The notes beneath the pieces were generated by a model, which was given only the letters and a program-made list of their open reading frames with translations, was not told the DNA's origin and ran no database searches. A stretch of DNA of 25,348 nt from the NCBI GenBank assembly GCA_016928715.1, contig JAFGKG010000107.1, forward strand, positions 1 through 25,348, written 5' to 3'. How positions within the stretch are numbered: the stretch's first letter is position 1; each line of letters opens with the position of its first letter. Of this stretch, positions 7,729-17,158 are shown in pieces. Both the position numbers and the translations under genes were made by a program. The stretch is from Chloroflexia bacterium (GTDB lineage Bacteria > Chloroflexota > Chloroflexia > DTKN01).

Positions 7729-9915
7729 CTAGATCATCCGGGCATTCAACAACACCCACAGCGCCGCGTGGACGGCCGCGTACACCAGCAGTACGGTCAC
7801 CCCGTAGCGCTTGGCCTCGCCGTCCGCGACAACCCGATCGAGCAGATAGCCGCAGAGCAGGGTGTACGGCAGCGCCACCGGGGCAAAGAGATCCCAGTCC
7901 ATCGCGGCGCCCAGGTCCGGGTACATCAACGAGGCAAAGAGCAGCAGCCCCACCGCAGCGAGCAACAGCGCCCGCAGCGCTGGATCCCGCCAGGGCACCC
8001 GCCGAGGCGCCCAGAGCACCAACAGCGCCAGCAGGGGCAGGACCACCGGAGCCACCAAGAGATGTTCGTTGAGCAGGTTGGCCAGGTGCCGCAGGGAAAA
8101 GAGGCTATAGCCATCCGGGCTGCGCAGGGGCACCAACACGTAGGGATTGTTGCCCCGGGTCCAGCCCCCCTGCACCAAGGCCGCCCAATCATAGCCCCCG
8201 GCGCTCAAGAGGGCGACCAGGGCCAGCAGCGGCAGCGCCCCTGCCAGCAGCAGCCGGCCCAGCAGCAGCCGGCGCGGCGCCCCCGCCGGCAGATCCTGCC
8301 AGGCCCGCACGAGCGTATAGAGCACCGCCGGCCCCACCAGGAGGGCCTGCAGGTGGCAGGCGCAGGCCAATACCCACAGCGCCAGCACCAGCGCCGGCCG
8401 GCCCCGCCCACGCAGGACGCGCAGCATCTGCCAGAACAGGGCCAGCAGGGCCACCGTCACAAAGGTATAGTTCTCCAGGTAGCCGAAACCGAACTGCACC
8501 GTGGCCAACGTCGCCAAGAGGGCAAAGGCGGCCACCCGGCCAAAACGTCCTCGGGCCACCTCCTCGCTCAGGGCCGCCGCCAGCGCCACGTAGAGCGCCC
8601 CCAACACCACGCCGCTGAGCACATAGACGTCCTCCACCCGCCAGCCCCAGAGCCGCTCGGCCCATTGGTAGAGCGTGGCCTGGCTGAAAAAGGCCAATAT
8701 CTCGGCCTCTTTGAAACGATAGCCCGCGCCAATGTGGGCGATCAGGTGGGGGCCGTCCCCCCAGAGCACCCGCGAACGCAGGGCATAGCCCAGGGGGACA
8801 AAGAGCAGGCCCAGCAGCAGCCAGCGGCCCGGAGGACGCAGGCGCGGCGCCAGCCGGTGGCCCAGACGGATCAGGCCCCGGACCAGGCGGCGCAGGTCCC
8901 GATTGAAGCGGGGGATCGCCGCGCAGGCCACCGCCAGCAGGGGCAGCCAGCGCAGTAGGGACCGGGGGAAGGGGCCGGCCGGCGCGTAAAAGGGCTCCAA
9001 AACCTGCAGTGCCCAACTGCCCCCCACCGGCAGATAGGGCGTGAGCAGGTGCAGCAGGGCCAGGACCAGGGCCAGCAGCAGGCAGGCCAGGGCAAAGGGG
9101 GCCCAGGGGCGCTCCCGCCGCCGGGAGGAACGGGCCCAGCCCAAGGCCGACCGGCCCCGGAAAAGCCGGCCCACCAGGGCCGCCCCCAGCAGCACCCCCA
9201 GCAGCAGGCCGGCCCAGGGAAGCACGGCCGGCAGAAAACGGGCCAACAGCAGGCTCAGCAGCAGTTCCAGGGACAAGCCCAGGGCCAGACCGGCCTCCAG
9301 CGGCCAGCCCAGTGCCCAGGAAAGGGCCAGGGCGGCCAGGCCCACGGCGCTCCAGAGCAGGACCAGCGGCCAGAGCAGGCCGGTGGGCCGCAGGGGGCGG
9401 GAGGCGTGCAGCCGGTCCACGATTCCCCCCAGGTGGCGGGCGTCGCCGGGCGGCTGAAAGGTCTCGGTGCGCAGCTCCAGCACGCTCTCCCAACGCCAGG
9501 CCGAGGGGGCCTCGTAGACCAGGTGATAGAGGTGCGGGCCCGGGGCCGGCTCGATGCGCAGCGCGGGCCGGCCGTCCAGCCACAGCGTCACCGCCGCCGT
9601 CTCGAAAGCCGGCGGCCGGCTGCCGTCCAGGCGCAGGGTCAAACGCCGGGGCGCGCCCAGAACCGGCAGGCGGATACGCGCCCGCGAGGTCGTCCAACGA
9701 TAAGTATAGAGGCCGTTATCCTCCCAATCGTAAAAGCCCTGCAGCCGGCCCCACTCCCCCGGCCCCAGGTCCAGGGTGTAGCCGGGGGAGAGGCGGCCAG
9801 CCGTGCAGACCCCGGCCAGTGCCACCAGGAACAGGACCAGGACACCCAGCAGCAGGCGCCCATAGGTGGATCGCCCCTCGTTCAACACGGCCCGGCGTCC
9901 CCTCAACGCACCCAT
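7729..9915 (-). CDS. Large polytopic integral membrane protein (~728 aa), possible GT-C-type glycosyltransferase/DUF family. N-terminal TM + ~130-aa extracytoplasmic domain, then >10 TM helices
   Basis: Very hydrophobic Leu/Ala-rich helices throughout. Protein-like loops (YTYRWTTSRARIRLPVLG; IAHIGAGYRFKEAEILAFFSQATLYQWAERLWGW). Overlaps the upstream gene by 13 nt. Confidence 0.7.
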   Translation of the reverse strand: MGALRGRRAVLNEGRSTYGRLLLGVLVLFLVALAGVCTAGRLSPGYTLDLGPGEWGRLQGFYDWEDNGLYTYRWTTSRARIRLPVLGAPRRLTLRLDGSRPPAFETAAVTLWLDGRPALRIEPAPGPHLYHLVYEAPSAWRWESVLELRTETFQPPGDARHLGGIVDRLHASRPLRPTGLLWPLVLLWSAVGLAALALSWALGWPLEAGLALGLSLELLLSLLLARFLPAVLPWAGLLLGVLLGAALVGRLFRGRSALGWARSSRRRERPWAPFALACLLLALVLALLHLLTPYLPVGGSWALQVLEPFYAPAGPFPRSLLRWLPLLAVACAAIPRFNRDLRRLVRGLIRLGHRLAPRLRPPGRWLLLGLLFVPLGYALRSRVLWGDGPHLIAHIGAGYRFKEAEILAFFSQATLYQWAERLWGWRVEDVYVLSGVVLGALYVALAAALSEEVARGRFGRVAAFALLATLATVQFGFGYLENYTFVTVALLALFWQMLRVLRGRGRPALVLALWVLACACHLQALLVGPAVLYTLVRAWQDLPAGAPRRLLLGRLLLAGALPLLALVALLSAGGYDWAALVQGGWTRGNNPYVLVPLRSPDGYSLFSLRHLANLLNEHLLVAPVVLPLLALLVLWAPRRVPWRDPALRALLLAAVGLLLFASLMYPDLGAAMDWDLFAPVALPYTLLCGYLLDRVVADGEAKRYGVTVLLVYAAVHAALWVLLNARMI

Positions 9916-12900
9916 AGCGCCCCCAGATCCAGGCTGTCCCCCAGGGATTCCCCCGCGGCCGAGAAAACGGGCAAGCGCTGCATGGTGACCGGGTCATAGA
10001 CGGCCACGATCAGGCGGTAGCGGCCCGGCGGGGCCTCGGCGTCGACTTGCAGGGGGATGTCGTCGCGAATGTGCTGCCCCGGCTGCCAGAGCGTCGCCGG
10101 ATACCACTGCCCCAGGGGCCCATCCCACTGTCCCCAGAGCCGGTCCGGGCCGACGATCTGGGCCGTGACGAAATAGTCGAGCGGCAGTGGATCCAAAGCG
10201 CCCCACTCCAGGGCCAGGGGCACGCGATCGCCCGGTTCAAAGGGGCCCGCGCCCAGTTCGTAGGCGGTCAGCTCGAGGCCGGGGCCAAAACGCGCCCCGG
10301 AGGGCTGGGCCGGGCTGTGCGGCCAGAGCAGGGCAGCCGAGAGGTCCAGGGCGGTCAAATCCCGTACGGCGCCGTCCTCCCATTGGAAATGGGCCAGCGG
10401 CCGCACGGCCACGATCTCTTGCCCGTAATAGACCCACAGCGCGGCAAAGTAAGAGCCGGGGGGGAGCGCCGACCACGTCTCGGCCCCCGCCGGAAAAGCG
10501 CGCTCCTCCCCCTCCACCCAGGCCTGGGCGCTGCGGGCCTCCAGGTCCGCCCGCAGGCGCAGGCTGCCGCGATCGGGCAGGGCCAGCGGGCCCCACCAGG
10601 CATAGTGTTGGGCGCCATGGAAGGTATCCTCCCAGACCTCCAGCCCCAGGCGCAGGGGCCGGCCGCTGTCGTTTTGCAGGCGCAGGTCGATCTCCAGGAC
10701 CGTGCCCTCGACGCTCGTATCGGGCGCCAGCAGCACCTCCTGCGGTTGGGGCCACAGCCCGCCGGGCGCGCTGCCCTGCTGCAGGGCGACCCAGCAGGGC
10801 CAGAGCGGCCCCTCGGCCTGCAGGGAGACCTGCACGCGGCCGGGCAGCTCGCGGGGATCGCTGCCATACAGCGAAAAGCCGGCCGGCAGGTCGACGGTCT
10901 CGGTGGTGCCGTCCTCCCAGCGCACACTGAGCCGGGTCGGCTCGGGAGCAGCCAGGGCCAGGAGCAGGGAGCGGCGTCCGGCCTGGTCCGCCAGTTCGCC
11001 CGGCTGCCGGCCGAGGCCGGCCCCGTCGGCGTAAAAGACGAGCGACCGGCCCGGTTCCAGGGTGGGGTAGGGGCCATAGCTCTGCAGGAGCCGCTCGGCC
11101 AGGGGCTCGCGGGCGTGGATCTCGGCCGCCGGCCGCCCGCTGTAGGCGTCCGCGCGCAGGTCCAAAAAGGCGACGATGGCCGGGTCGCGCCGGTACAGGG
11201 CCATGCCGCCGCCGGCCCAAATGCGCTCTTGGGGGAAAAAGCCCAGGGGGTGGGGGTCGTCGGCCCCATCGAGCAGTGCGTAGGCCGGGGCCAGGCCGGG
11301 GACGCGCCGGTCCTGGGCACCGTAGGCCAGGCTCAGGCGGCCATAGACGGGGTGGGCGCGCAGAAAATAGGCGAACAGGCCCAACTGGACGCGCGAGCGC
11401 TCCGGCCGGCCGGTGAGATAGACGGAGGCCCCCGGCGGCAGGAGCGCCGCAGCCTCCTCAACCTGCAGCGCGGCCCGACCAAAATGCGCCGGCCGCTCCC
11501 AGTAGGGGGCCAGGACCAGGGCGTCGGCCCGCAGGAAAAGGAGCAGGGGGACCAGGAACAGGGCCAGCAGGGCAGCCTGTGCGAGGCGCCGCCGGGTGCC
11601 CGAGGCCGGCCGGACCAGCCAGGCCCAAAGCCGGTCCCAACCCTCCATCAGCAGGCCCAACAGCAGCGGCGCGACCAGGACGGCGCCCTTCATATAGGCG
11701 TAGGGATAGGGCTTGAAGCGCTCGGCCAAAGCCGCGCCCAACAGGCCGCGCTGCTGCAGGGCCCGGGCGGCCGGCCAGAACCAGCCGGCCAGCCAAGCCA
11801 AATAGAGCGCGCCGGGCAGGATCAACGACAGCCACAGCCAGCGCAGCCGGCTGCGCCAGAGTGCTGCCAGGAGCAGCAGGGCGCACAGCCCCAGGCCCAG
11901 CCACTGGAGGCCCCGGTCCAGGGCGGACAGCGCGGCGGCGGTGCGGGAAAAGGGCAGCAGGCCCAGGGCCTCCCCCGGCGAGATCAGGCGAAACAGGCCC
12001 AGCGTCGTCATCTGCTGGGAATAGCGAAAGGCAAAGCCCTGCCCATAGTCCAGGACCGGGCCCAGGGCCAGCAGCACCGAGAGCAGGGCCGTGCCTAGGC
12101 CGGTCAGCAGGAAGGCCCGGCGGCGCTGGCTGCGGATCAGCTCGTACAGGCCCAGGCCCAGCGCGGCAGGCACAAACACGGTCAGGGCCGGATAGTAGGC
12201 GATGGGCAGCACGGCCACCGCCGCCGCCCCCAGCAGCACCGTGGAGGCGGCCGGCCGGCGCAGCACGGCCAGCCAGAGCAGCAGGGCCAGGGGGACCAGG
12301 GGCAGGGCGGCCATCTGCATGCCGAAATTGAACAGCGCGATCCACAGACCCAGGGCATAGAGGGCGACCAGCAGGCTGGCCAGGAGGGCCGAGCGGTGCC
12401 CCATGCGCAGACCACGCCGGAACAGCAGATAGAAGGCCAGCACCGCCAGGCCGCGCAGCAGGGCCAGCGTGGGCGCAAAGCTGCGCAGCGCGTCCCAGCC
12501 CCGGAGCTGCTGCAGGCTGCCCTGCAGGATGCTAAAGCCCAGGGTCAGGCCAATGCGCGGGGGAGAGGCGTTCAGGTCGCGCAGCGGGTTGGGCGGCATT
12601 TCCCCGATCTGGCCCAGGGGCACCTGCAGCAGGTACTCGGCCACCGGCAAATAGTTCTCTGGGTCCCAGTTCTCGCCGATCACGGTGATATAGCCGTAGC
12701 GCATCAGCGGCAGCGCACCCAGCAAAAAGGCCAGCAGGGCCATCAGCCAGACCGGCCCGTGCCGGCGCCAGTTCGGGCTCAACCGCTCCCCCCGCCGCCG
12801 CCTCAGGGCCAGGCTGTTGATGAGCAGGCCCAAGGTCAGGGCCAGCCAAAAGGCCCCGCGCAGGTCCAGGACCGTGCGCAGGCTGTAATAGCCTACCAGC

Positions 12901-13055
12901 AGCAGCAGCAGGTAGCCCAACAGCGGGGCCAGCAGGCCCTGCTCCTCCCGCCACTGGCGGGGCAGCAGCAGACTGGCCAGGCCATAGCCGAGAAAAGCCA
13001 GAAAAGCCGTGGAAAGCAGGGCGTAGAGCAGCAGATTCAGGGCGTTCCAGAGCAA
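9903..13055 (-). CDS. Very large (1050 aa) GT-C-like membrane protein: N-terminal ~13-TM domain (candidate acidic loop-1 motif ENWDPENY) + ~450-aa C-terminal extracytoplasmic domain
   Basis: TTG start 7 nt after AAGGAGG (rc of 13056-13075). Architecture resembles ArnT/PMT/YfhO-type GT-C enzymes. Family assignment not verified. Confidence 0.7.
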   Translation of the reverse strand: MLWNALNLLLYALLSTAFLAFLGYGLASLLLPRQWREEQGLLAPLLGYLLLLLVGYYSLRTVLDLRGAFWLALTLGLLINSLALRRRRGERLSPNWRRHGPVWLMALLAFLLGALPLMRYGYITVIGENWDPENYLPVAEYLLQVPLGQIGEMPPNPLRDLNASPPRIGLTLGFSILQGSLQQLRGWDALRSFAPTLALLRGLAVLAFYLLFRRGLRMGHRSALLASLLVALYALGLWIALFNFGMQMAALPLVPLALLLWLAVLRRPAASTVLLGAAAVAVLPIAYYPALTVFVPAALGLGLYELIRSQRRRAFLLTGLGTALLSVLLALGPVLDYGQGFAFRYSQQMTTLGLFRLISPGEALGLLPFSRTAAALSALDRGLQWLGLGLCALLLLAALWRSRLRWLWLSLILPGALYLAWLAGWFWPAARALQQRGLLGAALAERFKPYPYAYMKGAVLVAPLLLGLLMEGWDRLWAWLVRPASGTRRRLAQAALLALFLVPLLLFLRADALVLAPYWERPAHFGRAALQVEEAAALLPPGASVYLTGRPERSRVQLGLFAYFLRAHPVYGRLSLAYGAQDRRVPGLAPAYALLDGADDPHPLGFFPQERIWAGGGMALYRRDPAIVAFLDLRADAYSGRPAAEIHAREPLAERLLQSYGPYPTLEPGRSLVFYADGAGLGRQPGELADQAGRRSLLLALAAPEPTRLSVRWEDGTTETVDLPAGFSLYGSDPRELPGRVQVSLQAEGPLWPCWVALQQGSAPGGLWPQPQEVLLAPDTSVEGTVLEIDLRLQNDSGRPLRLGLEVWEDTFHGAQHYAWWGPLALPDRGSLRLRADLEARSAQAWVEGEERAFPAGAETWSALPPGSYFAALWVYYGQEIVAVRPLAHFQWEDGAVRDLTALDLSAALLWPHSPAQPSGARFGPGLELTAYELGAGPFEPGDRVPLALEWGALDPLPLDYFVTAQIVGPDRLWGQWDGPLGQWYPATLWQPGQHIRDDIPLQVDAEAPPGRYRLIVAVYDPVTMQRLPVFSAAGESLGDSLDLGALWVR

Positions 13056-13096
13056 ACGGGCACCTCCTTGGCAGGAGCAAAGTTGCTGGTGAGGGT

Positions 13097-13105
13097 ATTA
13101 TAGCA
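13097..13105 (-). promoter_or_regulatory. Extended -10 element TGcTATAAT upstream of the 1050-aa gene
   Basis: rc of 13097-13105 = TGCTATAAT. Weak -35 (TGCAAA) 16 nt upstream. Lies in the 73-nt gap after the permease stop. Confidence 0.3.
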
Positions 13106-13128
13106 CAAGGTGTGCGGGTTTGCAGCCC

Positions 13129-15765
13129 CTACCTTTCCCGCAGCCGCGGTTCAAAGATGCGCTCCAAGGCGACACCCAACATGACGAAAGCGAAACCGAC
13201 GAGCAGGAGCAGCGCCAGCGGCTGCAGTACCACGTGATAATCCCCGGTATAGATGCCCCGAGAGAGACCGTCCGTGATCAGCTTGCCCCAGGTAGGCAGC
13301 ACGGGATCGCTCATCCCCATAAAGGCCAGCGTCGCCTCCAGAAAGACGTAACCCGGCACCAGGATGACCAACTGCGGGACCAGCACGGGGATGATGCGCG
13401 GGATCAGGTAGTGAAAGACGATGCGCCAATCCCCGGCCCCGTAGGAGCGGGCGGCCTCGATATACGACGCCCCCTTCATCTGCAAAAAGATGGAGCGATA
13501 GTTCTTGATCTGCGGGCCAAAGATACTCAAAAGCACGGTGACGCCCAAGAGCACCCAAAAGGTCTTGGAATAGAGGATATAGATCATGAGGCTGACGGGG
13601 AGAAAGGGCAGGATCAGGTTCACCTCGGTGATGCGCTGAATGATGGCATCCATCCAACCGCCGAACCAGGCGCCGATCGCGGCGATCATCATCGTGATCA
13701 ACGAGGTACTGACCGCCGCCAGGATGCCAAAGGACAGGGCCACCGGCATCCCCCAGAGCAGGGGCACCAGTAGATCCCGCCGACGATGGTCCGTCCCCGC
13801 CAATCCATAGACCTGTCCGTAGAGGATAAACTTGGCGTCCACGTCGGCGCCCTCCTCGAACACGAACGACTGCACCCGCAGTTCGTAGTGTCCCTCCAGG
13901 GCAACGGGGTCCTCGGGCTGCGGGTCGATAAACAACACCCGCACCGGGGATAGCTCCAGATCCACCCTCCAGAACGGCCTGCGGTTCAGCTTGCGGCGCA
14001 GGCTCTCGTCCTGGGAGAAAATATAGGTCTGCCGGGACGAGCGCAGCGAATCGGTCAGCAGATCGATCTCCCGGCCGTCGGGCCTCACCCAGGTCAGGGC
14101 GACATGCGGCGACTTGACGTCATATTGGGCCTCAAAGTAGAGGCTCAAGTCCTGGGGAAATCCTTCGTACGGAAAATCAAGGGGAAAGGAAAAACTGATC
14201 TCGGTCATGTCCTCCGAGATGGCGCGCACGCTCTTGTCGATCGACCGCTCCCGACTGTCCAGGATAAAGGTCTTGGGCAAATCGTCCTTCCTGAAAAGAT
14301 TGACCCAGGTAGGATAGGCGTTCTGCGGATTGTACCTCCAGCTCTCCTCGTCCTCGCGCCAGCGTGCGATCATCTCATCGTAGGGGATGGCGATCACGGC
14401 ATAGACCGAAAGGCCGATCATGACCACAATGATGGACAGGCCGAACAGGGCCGAGGGATGCCGCACGATCTCGCGCAGCGCCGGTTTGAACTGTTCCAGG
14501 CGGTCTCGCAGCGTTTTCCTGGATGCCAGGAGGCTGTTGCGCGGGCGATCGGGCGCGGCCGACGGGAGAAAGGCCGTCCAGGAGGGCCTCGCCCGGCGCT
14601 CAAAGGGCCGCCGCAGGGCACGCCTGAACGCCTCCAGGCGCTCCCGCAGGCTGGGCCGGCGGGCGCCCAGCGCCGCGCTGTCCTTTTGCGCGCCGCTGTC
14701 GATCCGCACCCGGGGATCTACCAGGGCATAGATAATGTCCAGTAAAAAGATCGTGATCGCCAAAAGATAGGCAAAGGCCGTCACGAGAGCCACGATCATC
14801 GGCGTGTTAAAGCGATGCAGGGCGCCCCAAAAGAGCCGCCCGATGCCCTCTACCTTGAAAAACTGCTCCAGTACGATCACCTCCTGCCAGAGGTTGACGA
14901 ACAGCAGGGCAAAACTGGTCACCAGGTAGGGCAGCACCGGCCTCAGGATATAGCGCCGTTCGAGCATGCCGGCGGGCAATCCCTTGGCCTTGGCCATCTC
15001 GACGTGATCCTCGCTGGCATAGATCAAAAAGAAGGTGCGCCAGGCATAGACGCTCTGTATGAACCCGCTGAGAAAGATGGCCAGGAAGGGCAGCAGCATA
15101 CGCTTGAGCAGGATCGGCAAATATCCCCAGGTAAACTCGCCGGGCCAGGCATCCAGGACCCCCCCGGTAGACAGGCCGCCCAACACCCGGATAGAGAGCA
15201 GGTTCAGGACAATGCCCAAAACCCAGGCCGGTACAGAGGACAAGGGGGAAAGCATCACGATAAAGCGGTCCATCCAGCGGCCGTACTTGCGGGCCAGCGG
15301 CGCCGCCACAAAGACGCTGGCGAAGAAAAGCAAGAGGTTGGCCGGGCCAAACAGGAGCAGCGTACGGGGCAAGCTGTCCAGAATCTGCGCCCGCATATCC
15401 TCCCCCCAATCGAGCCTCAGGCCCTGGCCCAGCCAGCGAAAACAGCGCAGCATAAAGGGCTCGTTCAAACCGGCCGCCTCCTCCATGGCCGCTTGGGTCT
15501 CCTCCACGAGCGCCATCCGCTCTTCGAGGGAGACGTCCCGCAGCCAGCCCCCCCGAATCCGCATGGCAATAGCCCAGGAGATGTTGTTGCGGATCACCAC
15601 GTCGACAAAACCACCCAGGTTGGCGATGAGGATAATCAGGTACACGGCCACGACGACGGTAAAGGCGAGCGAGACCGCCCGCACCGCCGTGTAGCGGGCC
15701 AGGCGGGCCAGCAGCGTGGTGCGCAGGCGTTTGAGCATTGCGTTGACACTTGTCCGTAGAGCCAT
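13129..15765 (-). CDS. Fused ABC transporter permease (OppB/DppB-like N-terminal half + OppC/DppC-like C-terminal half, peptide/nickel type), 878 aa
   Basis: Two EAA-type permease signatures (...LIYASEDHVEMAKAKGLPAGMLERRYILRPVLP... and ...KGASYIEAARSYGAGDWRIVFHYLIPRIIPVL...). About 220-aa extracytoplasmic insert after the first TM of the C-terminal half. AGGAGA RBS before ATG 15765. No ATPase or binding protein adjacent. Confidence 0.85.
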   Translation of the reverse strand: MALRTSVNAMLKRLRTTLLARLARYTAVRAVSLAFTVVVAVYLIILIANLGGFVDVVIRNNISWAIAMRIRGGWLRDVSLEERMALVEETQAAMEEAAGLNEPFMLRCFRWLGQGLRLDWGEDMRAQILDSLPRTLLLFGPANLLLFFASVFVAAPLARKYGRWMDRFIVMLSPLSSVPAWVLGIVLNLLSIRVLGGLSTGGVLDAWPGEFTWGYLPILLKRMLLPFLAIFLSGFIQSVYAWRTFFLIYASEDHVEMAKAKGLPAGMLERRYILRPVLPYLVTSFALLFVNLWQEVIVLEQFFKVEGIGRLFWGALHRFNTPMIVALVTAFAYLLAITIFLLDIIYALVDPRVRIDSGAQKDSAALGARRPSLRERLEAFRRALRRPFERRARPSWTAFLPSAAPDRPRNSLLASRKTLRDRLEQFKPALREIVRHPSALFGLSIIVVMIGLSVYAVIAIPYDEMIARWREDEESWRYNPQNAYPTWVNLFRKDDLPKTFILDSRERSIDKSVRAISEDMTEISFSFPLDFPYEGFPQDLSLYFEAQYDVKSPHVALTWVRPDGREIDLLTDSLRSSRQTYIFSQDESLRRKLNRRPFWRVDLELSPVRVLFIDPQPEDPVALEGHYELRVQSFVFEEGADVDAKFILYGQVYGLAGTDHRRRDLLVPLLWGMPVALSFGILAAVSTSLITMMIAAIGAWFGGWMDAIIQRITEVNLILPFLPVSLMIYILYSKTFWVLLGVTVLLSIFGPQIKNYRSIFLQMKGASYIEAARSYGAGDWRIVFHYLIPRIIPVLVPQLVILVPGYVFLEATLAFMGMSDPVLPTWGKLITDGLSRGIYTGDYHVVLQPLALLLLVGFAFVMLGVALERIFEPRLRER

Positions 15766-15789
15766 GTTTCTCCTGCTTAAACAGCGCCG

Positions 15790-15951
15790 CTATCCAGGCC
15801 CGCGGCCGGCCAGACGGCAGACGACGAGCTGCTTGTTCGAGCCGGCGCCAAAGGCCGTCTGCTCGTAGCTGCCGTATTTGTGTTTGATGGCCAGGCCGTT
15901 ATAATGCAGCAGCGCCTCCAGTTCCTGCAGAAAGTACATACGCATATTCAA
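15790..15951 (-). CDS. Unlisted small ORF (51-53 aa from ATG 15945 / TTG 15951), or a frameshifted C-terminal continuation of the cyclase gene
   Basis: Frame is open from 16074 to TAG 15790-15792. Third-position GC ~75% in this frame versus ~60% for the overlapping plus-strand ORF 15880..16305. Peptide ...VECPLNMRMYFLQELEALLHYNGLAIKHKYGSYEQTAFGAGSNKQLVVCRLAG is not low-complexity. Locally AT-richer DNA. Confidence 0.25.
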   Translation of the reverse strand: MNMRMYFLQELEALLHYNGLAIKHKYGSYEQTAFGAGSNKQLVVCRLAGRGPG

Positions 15952-16030
15952 CGGGCACTCAACGCTATCTACGCCGTGGATAGCGTGGTGCGTCTCAATC
16001 CGGCGGATTTGGTGTGGGACGGCGAAACTG

Positions 16031-16939
16031 TTATAGTGGACCGTGATCCAGCCTGCGTGCGCTTGCCCGCCGCGTCAGCCGCTCGATGCTCTCCACGTGC
16101 TCCGGCTCGTAGCCGTCCCCGAACTTGGTCTTGGGCAGTTCCGCCTTGCGCGCCATCAGCTCCGCGTACTCGTCGTCGTCCACCATGGCCACGCAGCGGC
16201 CGATACTGGACTCGCCGTCGACAAAGCGCCAGGGGAAAAAGCCGACGGTCGTGCGGCGGTTGCAGAGCAGGTCAATGTCCCCGCCCAGGCACTCGGCGTG
16301 GATGATGTGGTGGGGGAACATCTCGATGTGCATGAGCTGGTACTTGTCCGGCGTAAAGCGCTCGGCCAGGGGCTGGCCGTAGAGCTGCCGAAAGACCTGG
16401 TCGGCCTCGACGGCCTGGCGCGGCATCCAGTCGCGGATGATCGTGTTCATGGGGTGGTCGGCGCTGCCGCAGTCCACCCCAATCCACTGGATCTTTTTTT
16501 CCTTGGCCCAAACGGCGAATTCGCGGTCCGGACCCGGGTGCTGCACCATGTAGCGGATCTCGTCGGCGTAGGGCTGGTCCCAGCCAAAGTGGTGGTAGCC
16601 GGTGTGGATGATGAGGATATCGCCCTCGCGCACCTCCACCCGCTCCTCGATCATGGCCGGGGTATAGATCTGGTAGTCGCCGACGGCGTCCGAGAGGTCC
16701 ACCACCGCGGCCGGCCCGACCAAAAAGTCGTTCAGTTCGAGGGCGGCGATGTCCTTGCCGGCGCTGAAAAAGTGGATCTCGCCGTCCAGGTGGGTGCCCA
16801 GGTGGTTCGAGTGGGTCAGCAGTTGGCCGTTGGCGCCGTTGGGGGCCAGCCGCTTGAAATATTTCACCTGCAGCGGCTCGTAGGTGGGCCACGGTGGCGT
16901 GGCGATGCCCAGCGGGATGGTCAGGTCGATCAGTTTCAT
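16031..16939 (-). CDS. Cyclase-family protein (kynurenine formamidase / putative cyclase, PF04199-like)
   Basis: HxGTHxDxxxH metal-binding signature (HSNHLGTHLDGEIHF) near the N-terminus. AAGGAG RBS then ATG 16939. The last ~20 aa (RRASARRLDHGPL) look low-complexity, so the 3' end may be mis-framed. Confidence 0.8.
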   Translation of the reverse strand: MKLIDLTIPLGIATPPWPTYEPLQVKYFKRLAPNGANGQLLTHSNHLGTHLDGEIHFFSAGKDIAALELNDFLVGPAAVVDLSDAVGDYQIYTPAMIEERVEVREGDILIIHTGYHHFGWDQPYADEIRYMVQHPGPDREFAVWAKEKKIQWIGVDCGSADHPMNTIIRDWMPRQAVEADQVFRQLYGQPLAERFTPDKYQLMHIEMFPHHIIHAECLGGDIDLLCNRRTTVGFFPWRFVDGESSIGRCVAMVDDDEYAELMARKAELPKTKFGDGYEPEHVESIERLTRRASARRLDHGPL

Positions 16940-16980
16940 GGCGTTCTCCTTTTAGAATGCCGGCGGGCCAGTACCGGTCG

Positions 16981-17097
16981 TTATAGCCGGTTCGCGGGAT
17001 CTTGCTCCCGTTGGAACAGGGGGATCAGTTTTCCGAGGGATTGCTCGATGTTTCGGTCGAGTTCGCGGAATCTGGCCCAACGTTCGTCGATTCCCAT
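16981..17097 (-). CDS. Candidate small ORF (38 aa, MGIDERWARFRELDRNIEQSLGKLIPLFQREQDPANRL) immediately upstream of the cyclase gene
   Basis: Strong SD (GAGAGGAGG) 7 nt before the ATG. Stop 25 nt before the cyclase RBS. Hydrophilic, helical, not low-complexity. Below the 60-aa track threshold. Confidence 0.3.
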   Translation of the reverse strand: MGIDERWARFRELDRNIEQSLGKLIPLFQREQDPANRL

Positions 17098-17158
17098 GAT
17101 GGGCCTCCTCTCTAGCCCAAAACGAAGAGAACTAGGCCTGTTAACAGTTGGCCAGCCT

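Noticed and set aside
6727-8958. 743-aa plus-strand ORF (P/R/A/G-rich), together with the overlapping minus ORF 8189..9697 (502 aa) and plus ORFs 6830..7732 and 7449..8072
   Set aside because: Extreme low-complexity composition. Antisense or out of frame to the methyltransferase and membrane-protein genes. Consequence of stop-codon scarcity at high GC.
10047-12098. 683-aa plus-strand ORF and the minus out-of-frame ORFs 10237..11220, 10355..11320, 11458..12345
   Set aside because: Overlap the 1050-aa GT-C-like gene. G/P/R/A-rich, no motifs. Shadow ORFs.
15880-16305. 141-aa plus-strand ORF whose first ~50 aa look protein-like
   Set aside because: Lower third-position GC (~60%) than the minus frame over the same DNA (~75%). 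It would run 275 nt antisense through the cyclase gene.
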